Assembly: GCA_965214835.1 (NCBI GenBank)
Contig: CBDCCK010000002.1
Span: forward strand, 224,001-288,000
From: Nitrosopumilaceae archaeon
Lineage (GTDB): Archaea; Thermoproteota; Nitrososphaeria; Nitrososphaerales; Nitrosopumilaceae
Direction of reading: 5' to 3'
Length of the DNA stretch: 64,000 nucleotides
Shown here: positions 38,257 through 48,520 of the stretch, one piece after another
Layout: each line of letters opens with the position of its first letter
How positions within the stretch are numbered: the first letter of the stretch is position 1
Translations under genes and position numbers: made by a program
The notes under the pieces: generated by a model
Databases searched by the model: none
Told to the model about the DNA's origin: nothing
Seen by the model: only the letters and a program-made list of their open reading frames with translations

Positions 38257-39933
38257 CTAGCTCCACCCCAGCGTGTCATAGTACGCCTTGGGAATCCTCG
38301 CTCTTGCCTTGTTCAGGACATGATGAACGGCAGAGTCCAGCACATAGGTCTTTGCCCAGTCCTTCTCGCTCCTTATGGAGCGGCCTAATCCCTGCAGCAG
38401 CTTCATCAGGGTCTGGGCGTCATACCAGAGCGGGAACGAGTGCATTTTTTCGCTGACCCTTTTTTCTGCCAGGTTGGGGTATGGAACCTTTGCAATAATC
38501 TGGAACCTTGACAGATCGTCCTTGAGATCCACGCCCTCCCACAGTGACGACGAGAGCAGCACGCTGTTTGAAACCCCCGCGTGCTCGTCTAGCACCTCGT
38601 CCTGGGTCTGCCCGTCTGCATTTTTGCTGTGGCAGATTCTTATCCGCTTTTGGTTCTCCTCTGACAGGTTCTTTTTGATCTGGTGGCACCAGTAAATCGA
38701 CGAGGTGAGGATCAGACCCCTGTGCCCGGAATGCTCCGTCATTATGTCGTCGATCTTTTTAATCACCGCAAGCTTGTCTGCGTCAGTTGATCTGCTGTTT
38801 AGCCTGCGTATGTCCAAAAAGTCAACGCGCCTGTGCTCTATGGGAAATGGCGACTTTGGCGTATCAATTACTGCAACGTCTCCTGTCTTGAGGCCCGTAT
38901 TTTCACAAAAGCTGTCCCTGTCAATCGTCGCAGACATGTACAGCTGCAAGTCTGCCTTGAAAAACTCCCTTACATGCTTTGAGATATCAAGTGGTTTTAC
39001 CGATACCGACTTGAATCCCCCACCATAGTCAGTGTCTGGCTTGTTGATTACAAGGTTTTCCTTATCATCTAGCATCTCGACTCTGGCCTGGCTTGCCCTC
39101 TTGAATCTCGACTCCAGTCTTGAGACCAGCTCAAAGTCCGGATTTTGGATAAACGCCCTGCTTGATTCCAAGTCCCTGAGCTTCCTGGCATAGGACTCGG
39201 CCATGCCATCTACCAGCATGATCACAGAGTCAATATCCCCCAAATCATACGCCTCAAGATTTATTCCGCATTCGTCAACTGCTCCCCTGTAGATGTCGAT
39301 TCCGATAAACTGGATGATTTGATCCTCTATCTTGTGTGCCTCGTCAAATACTGCGACCCTTCTGTCCAGATAGTCTGCAAACAATTTCTGGTTGTACTTC
39401 ATTATTTGAAAATACGCAGAATAGTTCCACAGGGAGTGTGGCGCGGCCAGCCCCTCGTATTTTTGCTGGTAGTACAGGCATGAATCCACATAGTGTCTTC
39501 CCATCTCCACATCCTTGATTTTTGGCTTGAACTGGCATGTCTCCTCCACCGTCTTTCCGTCCTTTGACACCTTTTCAATGCACTGCCCCTTCTCACACGT
39601 CAGGCCCAGTCTTTTTGCCCTCGACGAGCTGCGCACCATCTGGTTTTTCATCAGCTTCAGGCATGGAAAGTTTGACTTTCCCTTGATGGGTTTTAGAAAG
39701 TCCATGTCCTTTGTGTACTGATCCTGCAGATGCTTTGATGCCGTGACCACAAATGAGCGCTCGCAGTACCTTGCAACGGCTCCTGCGATCAGGGACTTGC
39801 CCACCCCTGTCGGTGCAGACAGGATGATCTTTTTGTATCCAGACGAAATCCTCTCATCGATCTCCCGCAGGATGTCCTTTTGGATCTCCCTTGGGGAAAA
39901 ATTTGCCGGAAAGCTAGATAGGATGTCATCCAT
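38257..39933 (-). CDS. DinG/XPD(Rad3)-family ATP-dependent helicase
   Basis: APTGVGKS, Cys cluster, DEAH, MSAT, EGVD, QGLGRSIR. Confidence 0.9.
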   Translation of the reverse strand: MDDILSSFPANFSPREIQKDILREIDERISSGYKKIILSAPTGVGKSLIAGAVARYCERSFVVTASKHLQDQYTKDMDFLKPIKGKSNFPCLKLMKNQMVRSSSRAKRLGLTCEKGQCIEKVSKDGKTVEETCQFKPKIKDVEMGRHYVDSCLYYQQKYEGLAAPHSLWNYSAYFQIMKYNQKLFADYLDRRVAVFDEAHKIEDQIIQFIGIDIYRGAVDECGINLEAYDLGDIDSVIMLVDGMAESYARKLRDLESSRAFIQNPDFELVSRLESRFKRASQARVEMLDDKENLVINKPDTDYGGGFKSVSVKPLDISKHVREFFKADLQLYMSATIDRDSFCENTGLKTGDVAVIDTPKSPFPIEHRRVDFLDIRRLNSRSTDADKLAVIKKIDDIMTEHSGHRGLILTSSIYWCHQIKKNLSEENQKRIRICHSKNADGQTQDEVLDEHAGVSNSVLLSSSLWEGVDLKDDLSRFQIIAKVPYPNLAEKRVSEKMHSFPLWYDAQTLMKLLQGLGRSIRSEKDWAKTYVLDSAVHHVLNKARARIPKAYYDTLGWS

Positions 39934-39985
39934 TAGTGAACTCTCCTAGGCTCTGCTTAAATTTCCTTTGTCTTGATCGGATGAT

Positions 39986-40093
39986 CTAATCCCCTGACTT
40001 ATTCTGACAATCCGTGCAAAAAGTCAGTGCAGTATCCTCATCAAGAACAACTGAAACTCCGCTGGCATAGCATTTGTGACACAAGCCAATCAT
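39986..40093 (-). CDS. 35-aa CxxC...CxxC microprotein
   Basis: MIGLCHKCYASGVSVVLDEDTALTFCTDCQNKSGD. Confidence 0.6.
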   Translation of the reverse strand: MIGLCHKCYASGVSVVLDEDTALTFCTDCQNKSGD

Positions 40094-40371
40094 AACGTAG
40101 ATCCTAGCAACTAGGTACATTAATTTGCTCAGAGTTAATTTTGATTATGCTTTAGCTAATTGATTTTTAACAATGCACAGGCGATCATCGTTTATGATCG
40201 CTCACACGGCTAGGCCAATGCAAAAAGCCTGCCAATCTTTCCCCCCATGGCGGCTTGGGCCCCCATTCCACACGGCTCCTCCAATCGAGCCGGTTCCACC
40301 ACAGGCCTGCCTTCAAACCCCAGGCTCGGGCGCCGATCTGATGAGTAAAAAACCCTCATCTGTCCCACATG

Positions 40372-40461
40372 GTAAGAGCCTGCCATCTCCCGAGGATACG
40401 CAGTGTGGGCATGGTGATCAAGGTTCCTACCGGCAATGTCGCCTAGCGGGTAAACTCTTGC
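40372..40461. mobile_element. MITE family B copy (TSD degraded)
   Basis: GTAAGAG...GGGTAAACTCTTGC; shared core CATGGTGATCAAGG...TGTCGCCTAG. Confidence 0.8.
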
Positions 40462-40524
40462 CCCAAGGCAGCCAGCTAAAGATTTATGCTCGGTTCTTTT
40501 TGACTAGATGGTGGTGAGATCAAT

Positions 40525-40656
40525 TTGAAGGCACGATTTCCAGGCAAGTGTAGCGAGTGTGGGGAGCCAATCAAGGCCGGAAAGGAGATCTTGCAGAACT
40601 CTAAGGGAAACTGGGTTCACAAGTTCTGCTGTGATGTTGAAGAGGAGCTGCCCTAG
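40525..40656 (+). CDS. 43-aa CxxC...HxxC Zn-finger microprotein
   Basis: MKARFPGKCSECGEPIKAGKEI...WVHKFCC; GGTGGTGA RBS-like sequence upstream. Confidence 0.7.
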   Translation: MKARFPGKCSECGEPIKAGKEILQNSKGNWVHKFCCDVEEELP

Positions 40657-40799
40657 ATCAACTTGGCGGAGCTTTAAGATGCGTGATGGCTCGGGATTAT
40701 CCGAGCCTTGTCACGCAGACTGCCCGTCTTCCCAGGATATGGGCAATTTCAGGCAGGCGTAGTGCGTACAGCTGAAGGTGGATAGTGTGTCAAAAATAT

Positions 40800-40892
40800 G
40801 TATGAGGTCACCTACCCCTGTCAATCAGGCACGAATTGACATCTATGACTGTGATTTTCACGCCTAGACAGCAGGGGGACGTGACCACATAC
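40800..40892. mobile_element. MITE family E copy (93 bp)
   Basis: TIR GTATG(A/T)GGTCAC; perfect 8-bp TSD AAAAATAT. Confidence 0.88.
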
Positions 40893-41055
40893 AAAAATAT
40901 TATATATTTTTTGATGTGTGCACTATGGCGCTGGAAATTTGAGCATACAGCAATCCTGGATGGTCAGAACGACTCAACCAACAATACAAGCACCACATGC
41001 GGCCACACCCTGCGGTAGTGCCGCGGTTCAACAGTACCGTAGTTTTGTGAAAAGC

Positions 41056-41148
41056 CATAGTGACGATTAAAAGTTCTTGGACGCATGTGGTTGTAAATTA
41101 CGAAGGAAGATGTTTTTTGATGATCAAAGACTTTCAATCACCATTATA
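41056..41148. mobile_element. MITE family G copy
   Basis: Shares GGAAGA..TTTTTGATGATCAAAGACTTTCA and length with 38056-38148. Confidence 0.72.
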
Positions 41149-41443
41149 GTCGGAGTTATGCAACGGGCTGTTGGGCTGGCTGCGTATTTAAGACTCGGAT
41201 GGTGCACCGGCGGCATCCCGGGAGGCATCCGCTGGGTGTTTTTATGCCGGCGTGCCCATAATGCCGTGGGAAGGGATGGTTTGCGATGACTGATGCGTAT
41301 GCAATCGTGGCCGTCGGGCTTGCCCTCGCAGCTGTGTGCATCCCGGTTTTTCTCGACGCCTCGATTCGCACATGCAACCTCCCCGGCTGGGCGCTTTTTG
41401 AAAGGCCTTGCAGGGCAAAAGCTGCAGATCTGAACAGCGAAAA

Positions 41444-42118
41444 TCATACAGGTATCTTGATTGTGACCTTGGAGCCATCAGAGAGCTTTGCGGATCCGCG
41501 TATGTTGTGCCTGGAGATCAGCTCGATGACCGACGGGTCATGATGGGTGCGCTCCAGCCGGATCAGCTGCGAGTCAATGCTGTTGACCTTGCAGGCAAAG
41601 CACTTTACCCAGCCATATGTCCTCCTCCCGTCAGAGAACCCATCAATCCTGACTCCATCCATGGCATCCAGCTGCTTTGTTGCCTCAACATGCTCCCTTT
41701 TGTCCAGCTGGACGTTGAGGGTTCCCGGAAAGGGGACATGGCCGATTCTTGCCTTGAACTGCCTGGTGTATCCCCCAAGCGACATATAGTACGCGCCCTC
41801 GCCCATGCCCGAGACCAGCTTTCCCTCCAGGATGATCTGCGAGGGGGACGAGTCAAGGCTGTCATTTAGTATCCTGCCTAGCCTGATCATCTCGCCATAT
41901 CCCCGAGCGGTTATCCTGATCGAATGGTTTCTTCCGGCAGAGACTCGCTCAACAAACCCGTTTTTTTCCAGCTCCAGCAGGTGCTTGGAGGCTGCCTGCT
42001 GCGACTTGTGTACAGCCCTGCCCAGATCAGCAGTGGTAACTGTGACAAAGTTGTGCCTTGCACCCTTGGAGAGCAGGTGTGCAAGGGTCAGGATGTGTTG
42101 GACCTTGATGTCCGGCAT
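41444..42118 (-). CDS. ribK: CTP-dependent riboflavin kinase with N-terminal wHTH
   Basis: SQQAASKHL HTH; SGMGEG, PFPGTLN, ERTHH, IELIS. Confidence 0.92.
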   Translation of the reverse strand: MPDIKVQHILTLAHLLSKGARHNFVTVTTADLGRAVHKSQQAASKHLLELEKNGFVERVSAGRNHSIRITARGYGEMIRLGRILNDSLDSSPSQIILEGKLVSGMGEGAYYMSLGGYTRQFKARIGHVPFPGTLNVQLDKREHVEATKQLDAMDGVRIDGFSDGRRTYGWVKCFACKVNSIDSQLIRLERTHHDPSVIELISRHNIRGSAKLSDGSKVTIKIPV

Positions 42119-42123
42119 CAAGC

Positions 42124-43278
42124 CTACGATACGCCGAGCTCGCCAAATGTCTTAAGCGTAATCCCCTTGGAGCTGTCCAGCTTGGCAATCCTGTGTCCGA
42201 CCACATACTCGATTCCGGCGCTCTTGGCGCCATCCAGCAGCCGTTGCGTGATGATTCCATCCAGGATCAGGTACTTTATTCCAGACTGCGTGGACAGCTT
42301 GCTTACAAGCTCGCTTATCGGCACCTTGAAGATCTCATTGTTGCCCTTGTCAAGCGCTATGGCCTCAAGGGTCTCGTTAAGGTTTGGATAGATCTTTGCC
42401 GTCAGCGCCGCAATCGGCCTGTCGGCCTCGCTCGGAGCGCCAGCCCGGCCAGAGGTGCCCTTGTCCCCGCTGTTTAGCCTGTCAGCTATTGGCCTTAGGA
42501 TCTCATCGACCCTCTGGGGGGTCAGTTCCTCGACCTCCACGCCAGTGTCTGCCCTTAGCTCGATGTCGACGCGTACGACGGACTTGAGTTCCTTGAGGAT
42601 GAATCCGCCTGCGCGGTCCCCGTCCAAGAATGCGACTACGGTCTCCTTTTTCCTGCAGAGGCTCTTGATTGACTCGTCAATGGTTGCACCGTTGATGGCC
42701 AGTGCGTTGTCATATCCTGCACGCAGCAGGTTGATGATATCGGCACGTCCCTCAACCAGTATTATCCAGGGCGAGTCGTATATCCCCTTGCTACAAGGCA
42801 GCCTGGAGGGCCCGTAGGACTCTACCCTCTTGCCCTCCCCCTCGTGTACGTCCTTGAGCATGGTCTCGCCCTCGCTGACGGTCTTGGTTGCCCAGCGCTG
42901 CTTGATTTCCTTTGCCCTTTTTACAATGTCGTCTTTTTTGGCGGCCCTGACGTCATCTATGGCATCTAGATGGAAGTGGCAGTCAAACGGGCCGACCTTG
43001 TCGATGCTCTCGATTGCAGCTGCAATCAGTGCGCAGGTATCAATGTCGGTACTCATCGGGATCAGGGCGTTACCCTTGGTGGTGTTGGACGTATTGGACG
43101 TATTGACTTCTATACGGCCAATCTTTGAAACGCGTTGGAGCTCATTCAGGTTCATTTCCGGGCCCAGCAGACCTTCTGTCTGGCCAAAAATTGCGCCGAT
43201 TATATCTGCCCGTTCAACGAGTCCATCAACTTCATAGGAAAGTTTAACGTGATACTTGACAATTCCTGATTGAGGCAT
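42124..43278 (-). CDS. dnaG: Archaeal DnaG-type primase (TOPRIM)
   Basis: GAIFGQTEGLLG, VEGRAD, DGDRAG. Confidence 0.95.
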   Translation of the reverse strand: MPQSGIVKYHVKLSYEVDGLVERADIIGAIFGQTEGLLGPEMNLNELQRVSKIGRIEVNTSNTSNTTKGNALIPMSTDIDTCALIAAAIESIDKVGPFDCHFHLDAIDDVRAAKKDDIVKRAKEIKQRWATKTVSEGETMLKDVHEGEGKRVESYGPSRLPCSKGIYDSPWIILVEGRADIINLLRAGYDNALAINGATIDESIKSLCRKKETVVAFLDGDRAGGFILKELKSVVRVDIELRADTGVEVEELTPQRVDEILRPIADRLNSGDKGTSGRAGAPSEADRPIAALTAKIYPNLNETLEAIALDKGNNEIFKVPISELVSKLSTQSGIKYLILDGIITQRLLDGAKSAGIEYVVGHRIAKLDSSKGITLKTFGELGVS

Positions 43279-43435
43279 AAATTTTTCATCTCCTTAATTA
43301 TCATGTCCTAGATGTGGTATTTTGGTTATATGTGCTTATCGCCGGATCCTGCCCCGGAAGTGGCAAAAAACCCCAATATTGCGCACAATATCCGCTAAAA
43401 GGCATGTGAAAAATGGAAGATATGGGACCTAGGGC

Positions 43436-43786
43436 CTATTCGGTGCTAAAGGAGCTGCCGCAGGAACATGATTTTGTCACGTTTGGGTTGTTGATTTTGA
43501 ATCCCGAACCCATCAGGCTTTCAACATAGTCCACATTGGCACCCTTTAGGTGGTCAATGCTATAGCTGTCAACGAGCATTTTGACTCCGTTTTCCTCCAA
43601 GACTATGTCGTCCTCTTCTGCCTTTGTCTCAAAGCCCATTCCGTATGAAAGGCCCGAGCATCCGCCACCTTGGACATAAACCCGCAGGAACTCTGGCTTT
43701 TCGGCCTCTTCTGCCATGAACTCCCTGATCTTTTCTGCAGCCTTTGCGGTAACTGTAACTACCTTTGCTGTCTGTTCGGTTGCCAT
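43436..43786 (-). CDS. HesB/IscA/ErpA A-type Fe-S carrier
   Basis: GGGCSG, NPN...CSCGSSF. Confidence 0.93.
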   Translation of the reverse strand: MATEQTAKVVTVTAKAAEKIREFMAEEAEKPEFLRVYVQGGGCSGLSYGMGFETKAEEDDIVLEENGVKMLVDSYSIDHLKGANVDYVESLMGSGFKINNPNVTKSCSCGSSFSTE

Positions 43787-43836
43787 AATGATTAAAATTT
43801 CGAATTTTGTTATAATAAGCTTTTCACCCCAAACCG

Positions 43837-43926
43837 GCAAGAGTTTACCCCTCCCCCCGGGATACGGCGTGGCAGGCGTGATCATGAAGGCTCCGGCCAG
43901 CAGTGTCGCCTAGGGGGTAAACTCAC
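43837..43926. mobile_element. MITE family B copy (first of adjacent pair)
   Basis: GCAAGAGTTTACCCC / GGGGTAAACTCAC; TSD CCAAACCG/CAAAACCG. Confidence 0.83.
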
Positions 43927-43935
43927 CAAAACCGA

Positions 43936-44023
43936 GGAAGAGTCCACCCCCAGGCGACAGCGCCGGCCAGTGCCTTGATCACCATGCCCACCACGTCATG
44001 TCTTTGAGGGGGCAAACTCCTAC
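43936..44023. mobile_element. MITE family B copy (second of pair, opposite orientation)
   Basis: Perfect 9-bp TSD CAAAACCGA. Confidence 0.85.
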
Positions 44024-44055
44024 CAAAACCGACTAGAAGACTAAAAAAATGGGAT

Positions 44056-44817
44056 CTATTTTTTGGGCTTGTTGACGAACGCGGTCATCCGCTCCTCTCT
44101 GTCCGGATGGGTAAAGCAGTTCCTCCATGCCAGCAGCTCGATGCCAAGTCCGGTGTCAAGATCCGCATTCCTTCCCTTGTTGATTGCGACCTTGGACATC
44201 TGGACGCCCATCGCAGAGTTGCCTGCAATTTCGGCTGCCATCTTTGTTGCCTCCTCCATCAGAGATGCAAGTGGAACGACCTGGTTTACCAGGCCTATCT
44301 CCTTGGCCTCGTCTGCCTTTATCATGTTGCCCCGATAGACGAGCTCCTTTGCCTTGGCCACGCCGACAATCCTCATCAGCCGCTGCGTGCCGCCCCATCC
44401 GGGGGGAATGCCGATTGTCACCTCGGGCTGGCCCATTCTTGCGGTGTCGGCTGCAATCCTGATGTCGCATGACATTGCAAGCTCGCAGCCGCCGCCCAGT
44501 GCGAATCCGTTGATTGCGGCAATTGTCGGCTGCCTTACATGCTCGACGGTCGCAGTGACCAGCTGGCCCAGCTTTGCATACTCGACGGACTCGTCGGGGG
44601 AGATCTTGGACATGTATGCAATGTCTGCACCTGCAGAGAACGCCTTTTCGCCCTCTCCGGTCAGGATTATGGCCTTGACATTATCGTCGTGTCCTAAATC
44701 CTCAAAGGTCCCGACCAGCTCCCTTGCAACGTCTGAGTTCATTGCGTTGAGCTTGTCCGGACGATTGATCCTGACGGTGCATATCCCGTCAGACTTTGAT
44801 GTTGTAACCAAGGACAT
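44056..44817 (-). CDS. 3-hydroxypropionyl-CoA dehydratase / crotonyl-CoA hydratase (enoyl-CoA hydratase family)
   Basis: [29 protein letters not shown]; adjacent to the CoA synthetase as in Nitrosopumilus. Confidence 0.88.
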   Translation of the reverse strand: MSLVTTSKSDGICTVRINRPDKLNAMNSDVARELVGTFEDLGHDDNVKAIILTGEGEKAFSAGADIAYMSKISPDESVEYAKLGQLVTATVEHVRQPTIAAINGFALGGGCELAMSCDIRIAADTARMGQPEVTIGIPPGWGGTQRLMRIVGVAKAKELVYRGNMIKADEAKEIGLVNQVVPLASLMEEATKMAAEIAGNSAMGVQMSKVAINKGRNADLDTGLGIELLAWRNCFTHPDREERMTAFVNKPKK

Positions 44818-44861
44818 GTCTGTGATTGGGTGCACACTCGAATTAAATGTTCTCTATTTGC

Positions 44862-44939
44862 CAATCTGTTGCATGTCCTATTTTAGGCACAAAAAATTAG
44901 GTACCTTTACGCGTTCAGGCACGGTTGTGCAACAGGCTG
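44862..44939. mobile_element. MITE family C copy (78 bp)
   Basis: CAATCTGTTGCA / TGCAACAGGCTG; perfect 8-bp TSD CTATTTGC. Confidence 0.87.
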
Positions 44940-47057
44940 CTATTTGCCGCGCTTTTTGCCCCACTGCGCCAGTGCAGACGCAGCTGCCACCCAGGTCCTG
45001 AGATCCTGGTAAACCGGAACCTTGTGCCCCTCAATGAGCCTGATCATCTTTTCGGTGTATGGGCCGCCGTTGCCGCCTGCAAGGACAGGCTTGCTTCCCT
45101 TCCTTTTAAAGTCGGCAAGATGGTTCACGATTGTCTCCTCAAGGGGGTCATCTTGGAAGACGAACCACGGCATTGCAATGTCGATGTCTGGCTCGTCCAT
45201 GAACTGCTGGATGACGAACCTATAGTCGTCGGCAGTCGCCCCGCCGCCTACGTCTGCGGGGTTGCCATTGTGGATGGGAACTGCAGGCGGAAAGCGATCC
45301 TTCATCTTTTTCAGTAGTTTCGGGGACAGCCTGCCGATGGTCAGGCCGTGGCTTTCGAGCTGATCAATTGCGCTGATCATCGGCCCTGCACCGTTGCTAG
45401 TCATTGCCACGCGGTTGCCCCCTGCAGGAGGCTGCCATGCCAGCGCCTTTAGGACCCCGACTAGCTCCTGGTAGCTGTCCACGGAGATGATTCCGGCCTG
45501 CTTGAATGCGCCCATGATTATGGCGTTTGAGCCGCCAAGGGAGCCTGTGTGTGAGGCCGCCTGCTTGGCGCCTGCGGCGGTTCTCCCACTCTTCCAGATT
45601 ACGATCGGTTTTTTGGTCTCCTTCATGACGCGCCTTGCGGTATTGATGAATTTTCTGCCGTCGCCGAACCCCTCTACATACAGCCCGATTACCTTAGTCT
45701 GTGGATCGCTTGCCGCATACCATATCATGTCTGCCTCATCGACATCCGAGCGGTTTCCAAAGCTGATCATCTTGGAGAGGCCAAACACATCTGCGCTCTC
45801 CAACATGCTGATTCCCATCGTGCCGCTTTGCGAAAAGAACGCCACCTCGCCTAGCCTGGAGCGGATCATTCTTTTCTGGCCCTGGAATGCGCAGTCCAGA
45901 CGGTTGGCGGCGTTGAACATACCGATGCAGTTGGGCCCGATGATTCGGATCTTGTGCTTTTGGGACAGTCGAGCCACCTCTGCCTCGTATTCTGCGCGTT
46001 CCCCGCCCAGCTCCTTTCCGCCTCCGGAGACGATCACGACGTTGTGAACCCCCTTTTTGGCGCAGTCCTCAAGGACCGGCGGGGTCATTGACAGGTCAAC
46101 TGACACTACGACTAGGTCAACCTTGCCTGGAATATCAGAGACCGACGTGTAGCACTTTTGTCCGAAGATCTTGTCTGCCTTTGGATTAATCGGGTAGACC
46201 CTGCCCTTAAAGTCGTAGTTGACGAGGCTGTCCAGGATGGAGTTTCCAATCTTGCCTGGACTTGCAGATGCGCCGACTAGTGCTACAGACCTTGGGGTAA
46301 AGAACGCCTCCATGTTGTCCCTGTTTGGCCGTGCCCGGGAGACGGAGTTTTTCCTTTTCTCTTTATTGAGGATGATCTTGGCATCCACTACAAAATGGGA
46401 TTTTGGATAGACGACTACGGGGTTAAAGTCGATGCTGTTGACATGGTCTGCGTTTTCGACCCCCAGCCTGCCGATCTGTACCAACATTTTTGCTACCAGG
46501 TTGAGATCGACGGCATCTGCCCCCCGGAAGCCCTTGAGAAGCTTTGAGCCCTTGAGCTCGTTTAGCATTGACTTTGCATCGGCGGCCGTTATAGGCAGCA
46601 TCCTGAATGCGACGTCCTGCATGACCTCGGTCATGATGCCTCCCAGGCCGGCCATGATGACCGGTCCAAACTGGGGATCGTTTTGTATGCCTACGATCAG
46701 CTCGACGCCCTTTGGAACCATTTTTTCCAGGAGGATCCCCTTTACCTTGACGCCCTTCTTTTTTGAAAGCCTGCCGTGCATGTCCCTGAATGTCTTTTTT
46801 ACGTCGCCGGCATTGTCGATTCCGACCTTGACCCCGCCGACATCTGTCTTGTGCAGGATTTGCGGGGAGACTATCTTCATTACAAGCGGGAATCCGATCT
46901 TCTTTGCCTGTTTTGCGGCCTCGGCCTCGGAGGTTACAAGCGCGTATGGCGGAACCCGGACGCCGTAACTTTTGAGGATTGACTTTGACAGCTCCTCGGT
47001 GATGACCTTGTGATCAGTCTCCATAGCCTCCTCGAAGATTTTTTTAGTCAAACTCAT
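44940..47057 (-). CDS. 3-hydroxypropionyl-CoA synthetase (ADP-forming)
   Basis: N-terminal ATP-grasp (HKTDVGGV) then CoA-binding/ligase domains (GPNC, SQSG, ASHTG); 705 aa; HP/HB gene pair. Confidence 0.88.
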   Translation of the reverse strand: MSLTKKIFEEAMETDHKVITEELSKSILKSYGVRVPPYALVTSEAEAAKQAKKIGFPLVMKIVSPQILHKTDVGGVKVGIDNAGDVKKTFRDMHGRLSKKKGVKVKGILLEKMVPKGVELIVGIQNDPQFGPVIMAGLGGIMTEVMQDVAFRMLPITAADAKSMLNELKGSKLLKGFRGADAVDLNLVAKMLVQIGRLGVENADHVNSIDFNPVVVYPKSHFVVDAKIILNKEKRKNSVSRARPNRDNMEAFFTPRSVALVGASASPGKIGNSILDSLVNYDFKGRVYPINPKADKIFGQKCYTSVSDIPGKVDLVVVSVDLSMTPPVLEDCAKKGVHNVVIVSGGGKELGGERAEYEAEVARLSQKHKIRIIGPNCIGMFNAANRLDCAFQGQKRMIRSRLGEVAFFSQSGTMGISMLESADVFGLSKMISFGNRSDVDEADMIWYAASDPQTKVIGLYVEGFGDGRKFINTARRVMKETKKPIVIWKSGRTAAGAKQAASHTGSLGGSNAIIMGAFKQAGIISVDSYQELVGVLKALAWQPPAGGNRVAMTSNGAGPMISAIDQLESHGLTIGRLSPKLLKKMKDRFPPAVPIHNGNPADVGGGATADDYRFVIQQFMDEPDIDIAMPWFVFQDDPLEETIVNHLADFKRKGSKPVLAGGNGGPYTEKMIRLIEGHKVPVYQDLRTWVAAASALAQWGKKRGK

Positions 47058-47099
47058 AATTCGATCGATTCAACCTTGCTTGAATATATTAAACTTTGG

Positions 47100-47783
47100 T
47101 CAAAGGTTGAATTCCGTTTTGAAATTCTTGTAAAAGTTCTGCATGTTGGACTCGATTTTGGAAATGTTTACGCCGATCTCATCACGGATTCTTTGCGGAT
47201 CTATGTAGGGTATGCCTTCCAGTTTTTTTTCGGCGTTGTCAAGCCAGAGGTTGACCATGTCCCGGTTGACCTCAAAATGAAACTGCACCCCTACTGCAGT
47301 CCCAACCCGAAGGGCTTGGTTCTCGTACAGTTCAGAATGTGCAAGCCTTGTTGCATTTTCAGGTAGTCCAAAGGTATCGCTGTGCCAATGAAAGACCGAA
47401 AACGGGTTTGAGAATCCAGAGAATAACTTCGAGTCTGTGTCTAGTTTCAAATCATGGTAAAAACCGATTTCGGTCTTGGGTCCTCGTGTCACGGACGCTC
47501 CAAATGCTCTGGCGATGAGCTGCGAGCCCAGGCAGATTCCCAGTACGGGCTTTTCTTGCTCCACATGCCGGCAGATTAGCTGCTGTTCATCCCTCAGGTA
47601 CTGCAGGTTGTCATTTGCACTCTGGGGCCCTCCTAGGACAACCAGCAGCGAATACGAGTCGGCTGGAATCGGCTCGTTTTTTGCATGAACGGTACGCGTG
47701 TCGAATCCGTCATCATCCAGCAGACGCCCCAGACTGCCAGATCCCTCGATTCTCGTATTTTGTATGATCAGGACATCGGGCAT
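47100..47783 (-). CDS. Class I glutamine amidotransferase
   Basis: LGGP, GICLGSQ, QFHFE. Confidence 0.9.
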   Translation of the reverse strand: MPDVLIIQNTRIEGSGSLGRLLDDDGFDTRTVHAKNEPIPADSYSLLVVLGGPQSANDNLQYLRDEQQLICRHVEQEKPVLGICLGSQLIARAFGASVTRGPKTEIGFYHDLKLDTDSKLFSGFSNPFSVFHWHSDTFGLPENATRLAHSELYENQALRVGTAVGVQFHFEVNRDMVNLWLDNAEKKLEGIPYIDPQRIRDEIGVNISKIESNMQNFYKNFKTEFNL

Positions 47784-48372
47784 GCGGCAAATCACAAAAA
47801 CTGCTTAATATTTGGAACGGGTCAAGCGGCGTTATCCATAATTTTTCCAGAAATCCGTCAAGTCTATTGTGCAGGTACTCAATGGTCTTACCGCCTCAAT
47901 GAATTTCTTCAGCTATGCCATCTTTGTAAGCAATGTGACAGTCGTCTCGATCTCGCGGCGCGTTGGGAGGTGACCGCGCATAATGCCCCATAGCGAAAGC
48001 CATTATCCACATCACGAAATCCCAGCCTTCCCAGAGTAACCCACAAAGCGATTCTAAAACTCGAAACAGCTCAAACAGGCTGCCTGCAGATCCGCATATG
48101 GTCGTCTGCACCGCGATGGGTCGGGTACATTTGGGAAGACTGAATCCTGGAAAATACTTAGTTCATATGGATACTGGTCATAACCATCCGTTTTTTATGA
48201 GTGGGCTACGCACAGATCCCTTGACCGGGATGCGCGAGACCCCTGCGCGGGCCTTCAGGTGCAGGGTATCCCCAAAGGGAACCACAGTTGCTGACAAACA
48301 GTCAGGAGGGCAATACGACGTCACTTCAGTACTTCCTAGATGTACTTTTGCAGACCCGACACGGCACCTCCG

Positions 48373-48520
48373 CTACTTTCCGCGATCGTTTACAAACGAG
48401 TCGGCCGCATCGACAATGCACGCGACAAACAGCATCATGGTAAACCCCTTCCCTCCTGCAAATCCGTCCCACTTGGATTCCACGTCTATGAACACGGCAG
48501 TCCTCCACAGGTTGTACAGT
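48373..48520 (-). pseudogene. Severed C-terminal fragment of the ISH3-like transposase
   Basis: LYNLWRTAVFID...DRGK* continues ...FYMSVI in frame once the inner IS is removed. Confidence 0.82.

Noticed and set aside
38056-41148. Two family G copies exactly 3000 bp apart, as a composite transposon around the helicase
   Set aside because: The copies are diverged with no shared outer TSD; the spacing is treated as coincidence
41124-41543. Overlapping short ORFs downstream of ribK
   Set aside because: No motifs; they overlap a MITE or ribK, and I cannot choose a frame
47820-48320. Non-coding or decayed segment beside the ISH3-like element
   Set aside because: Stops in the plausible frames and no recognisable homology
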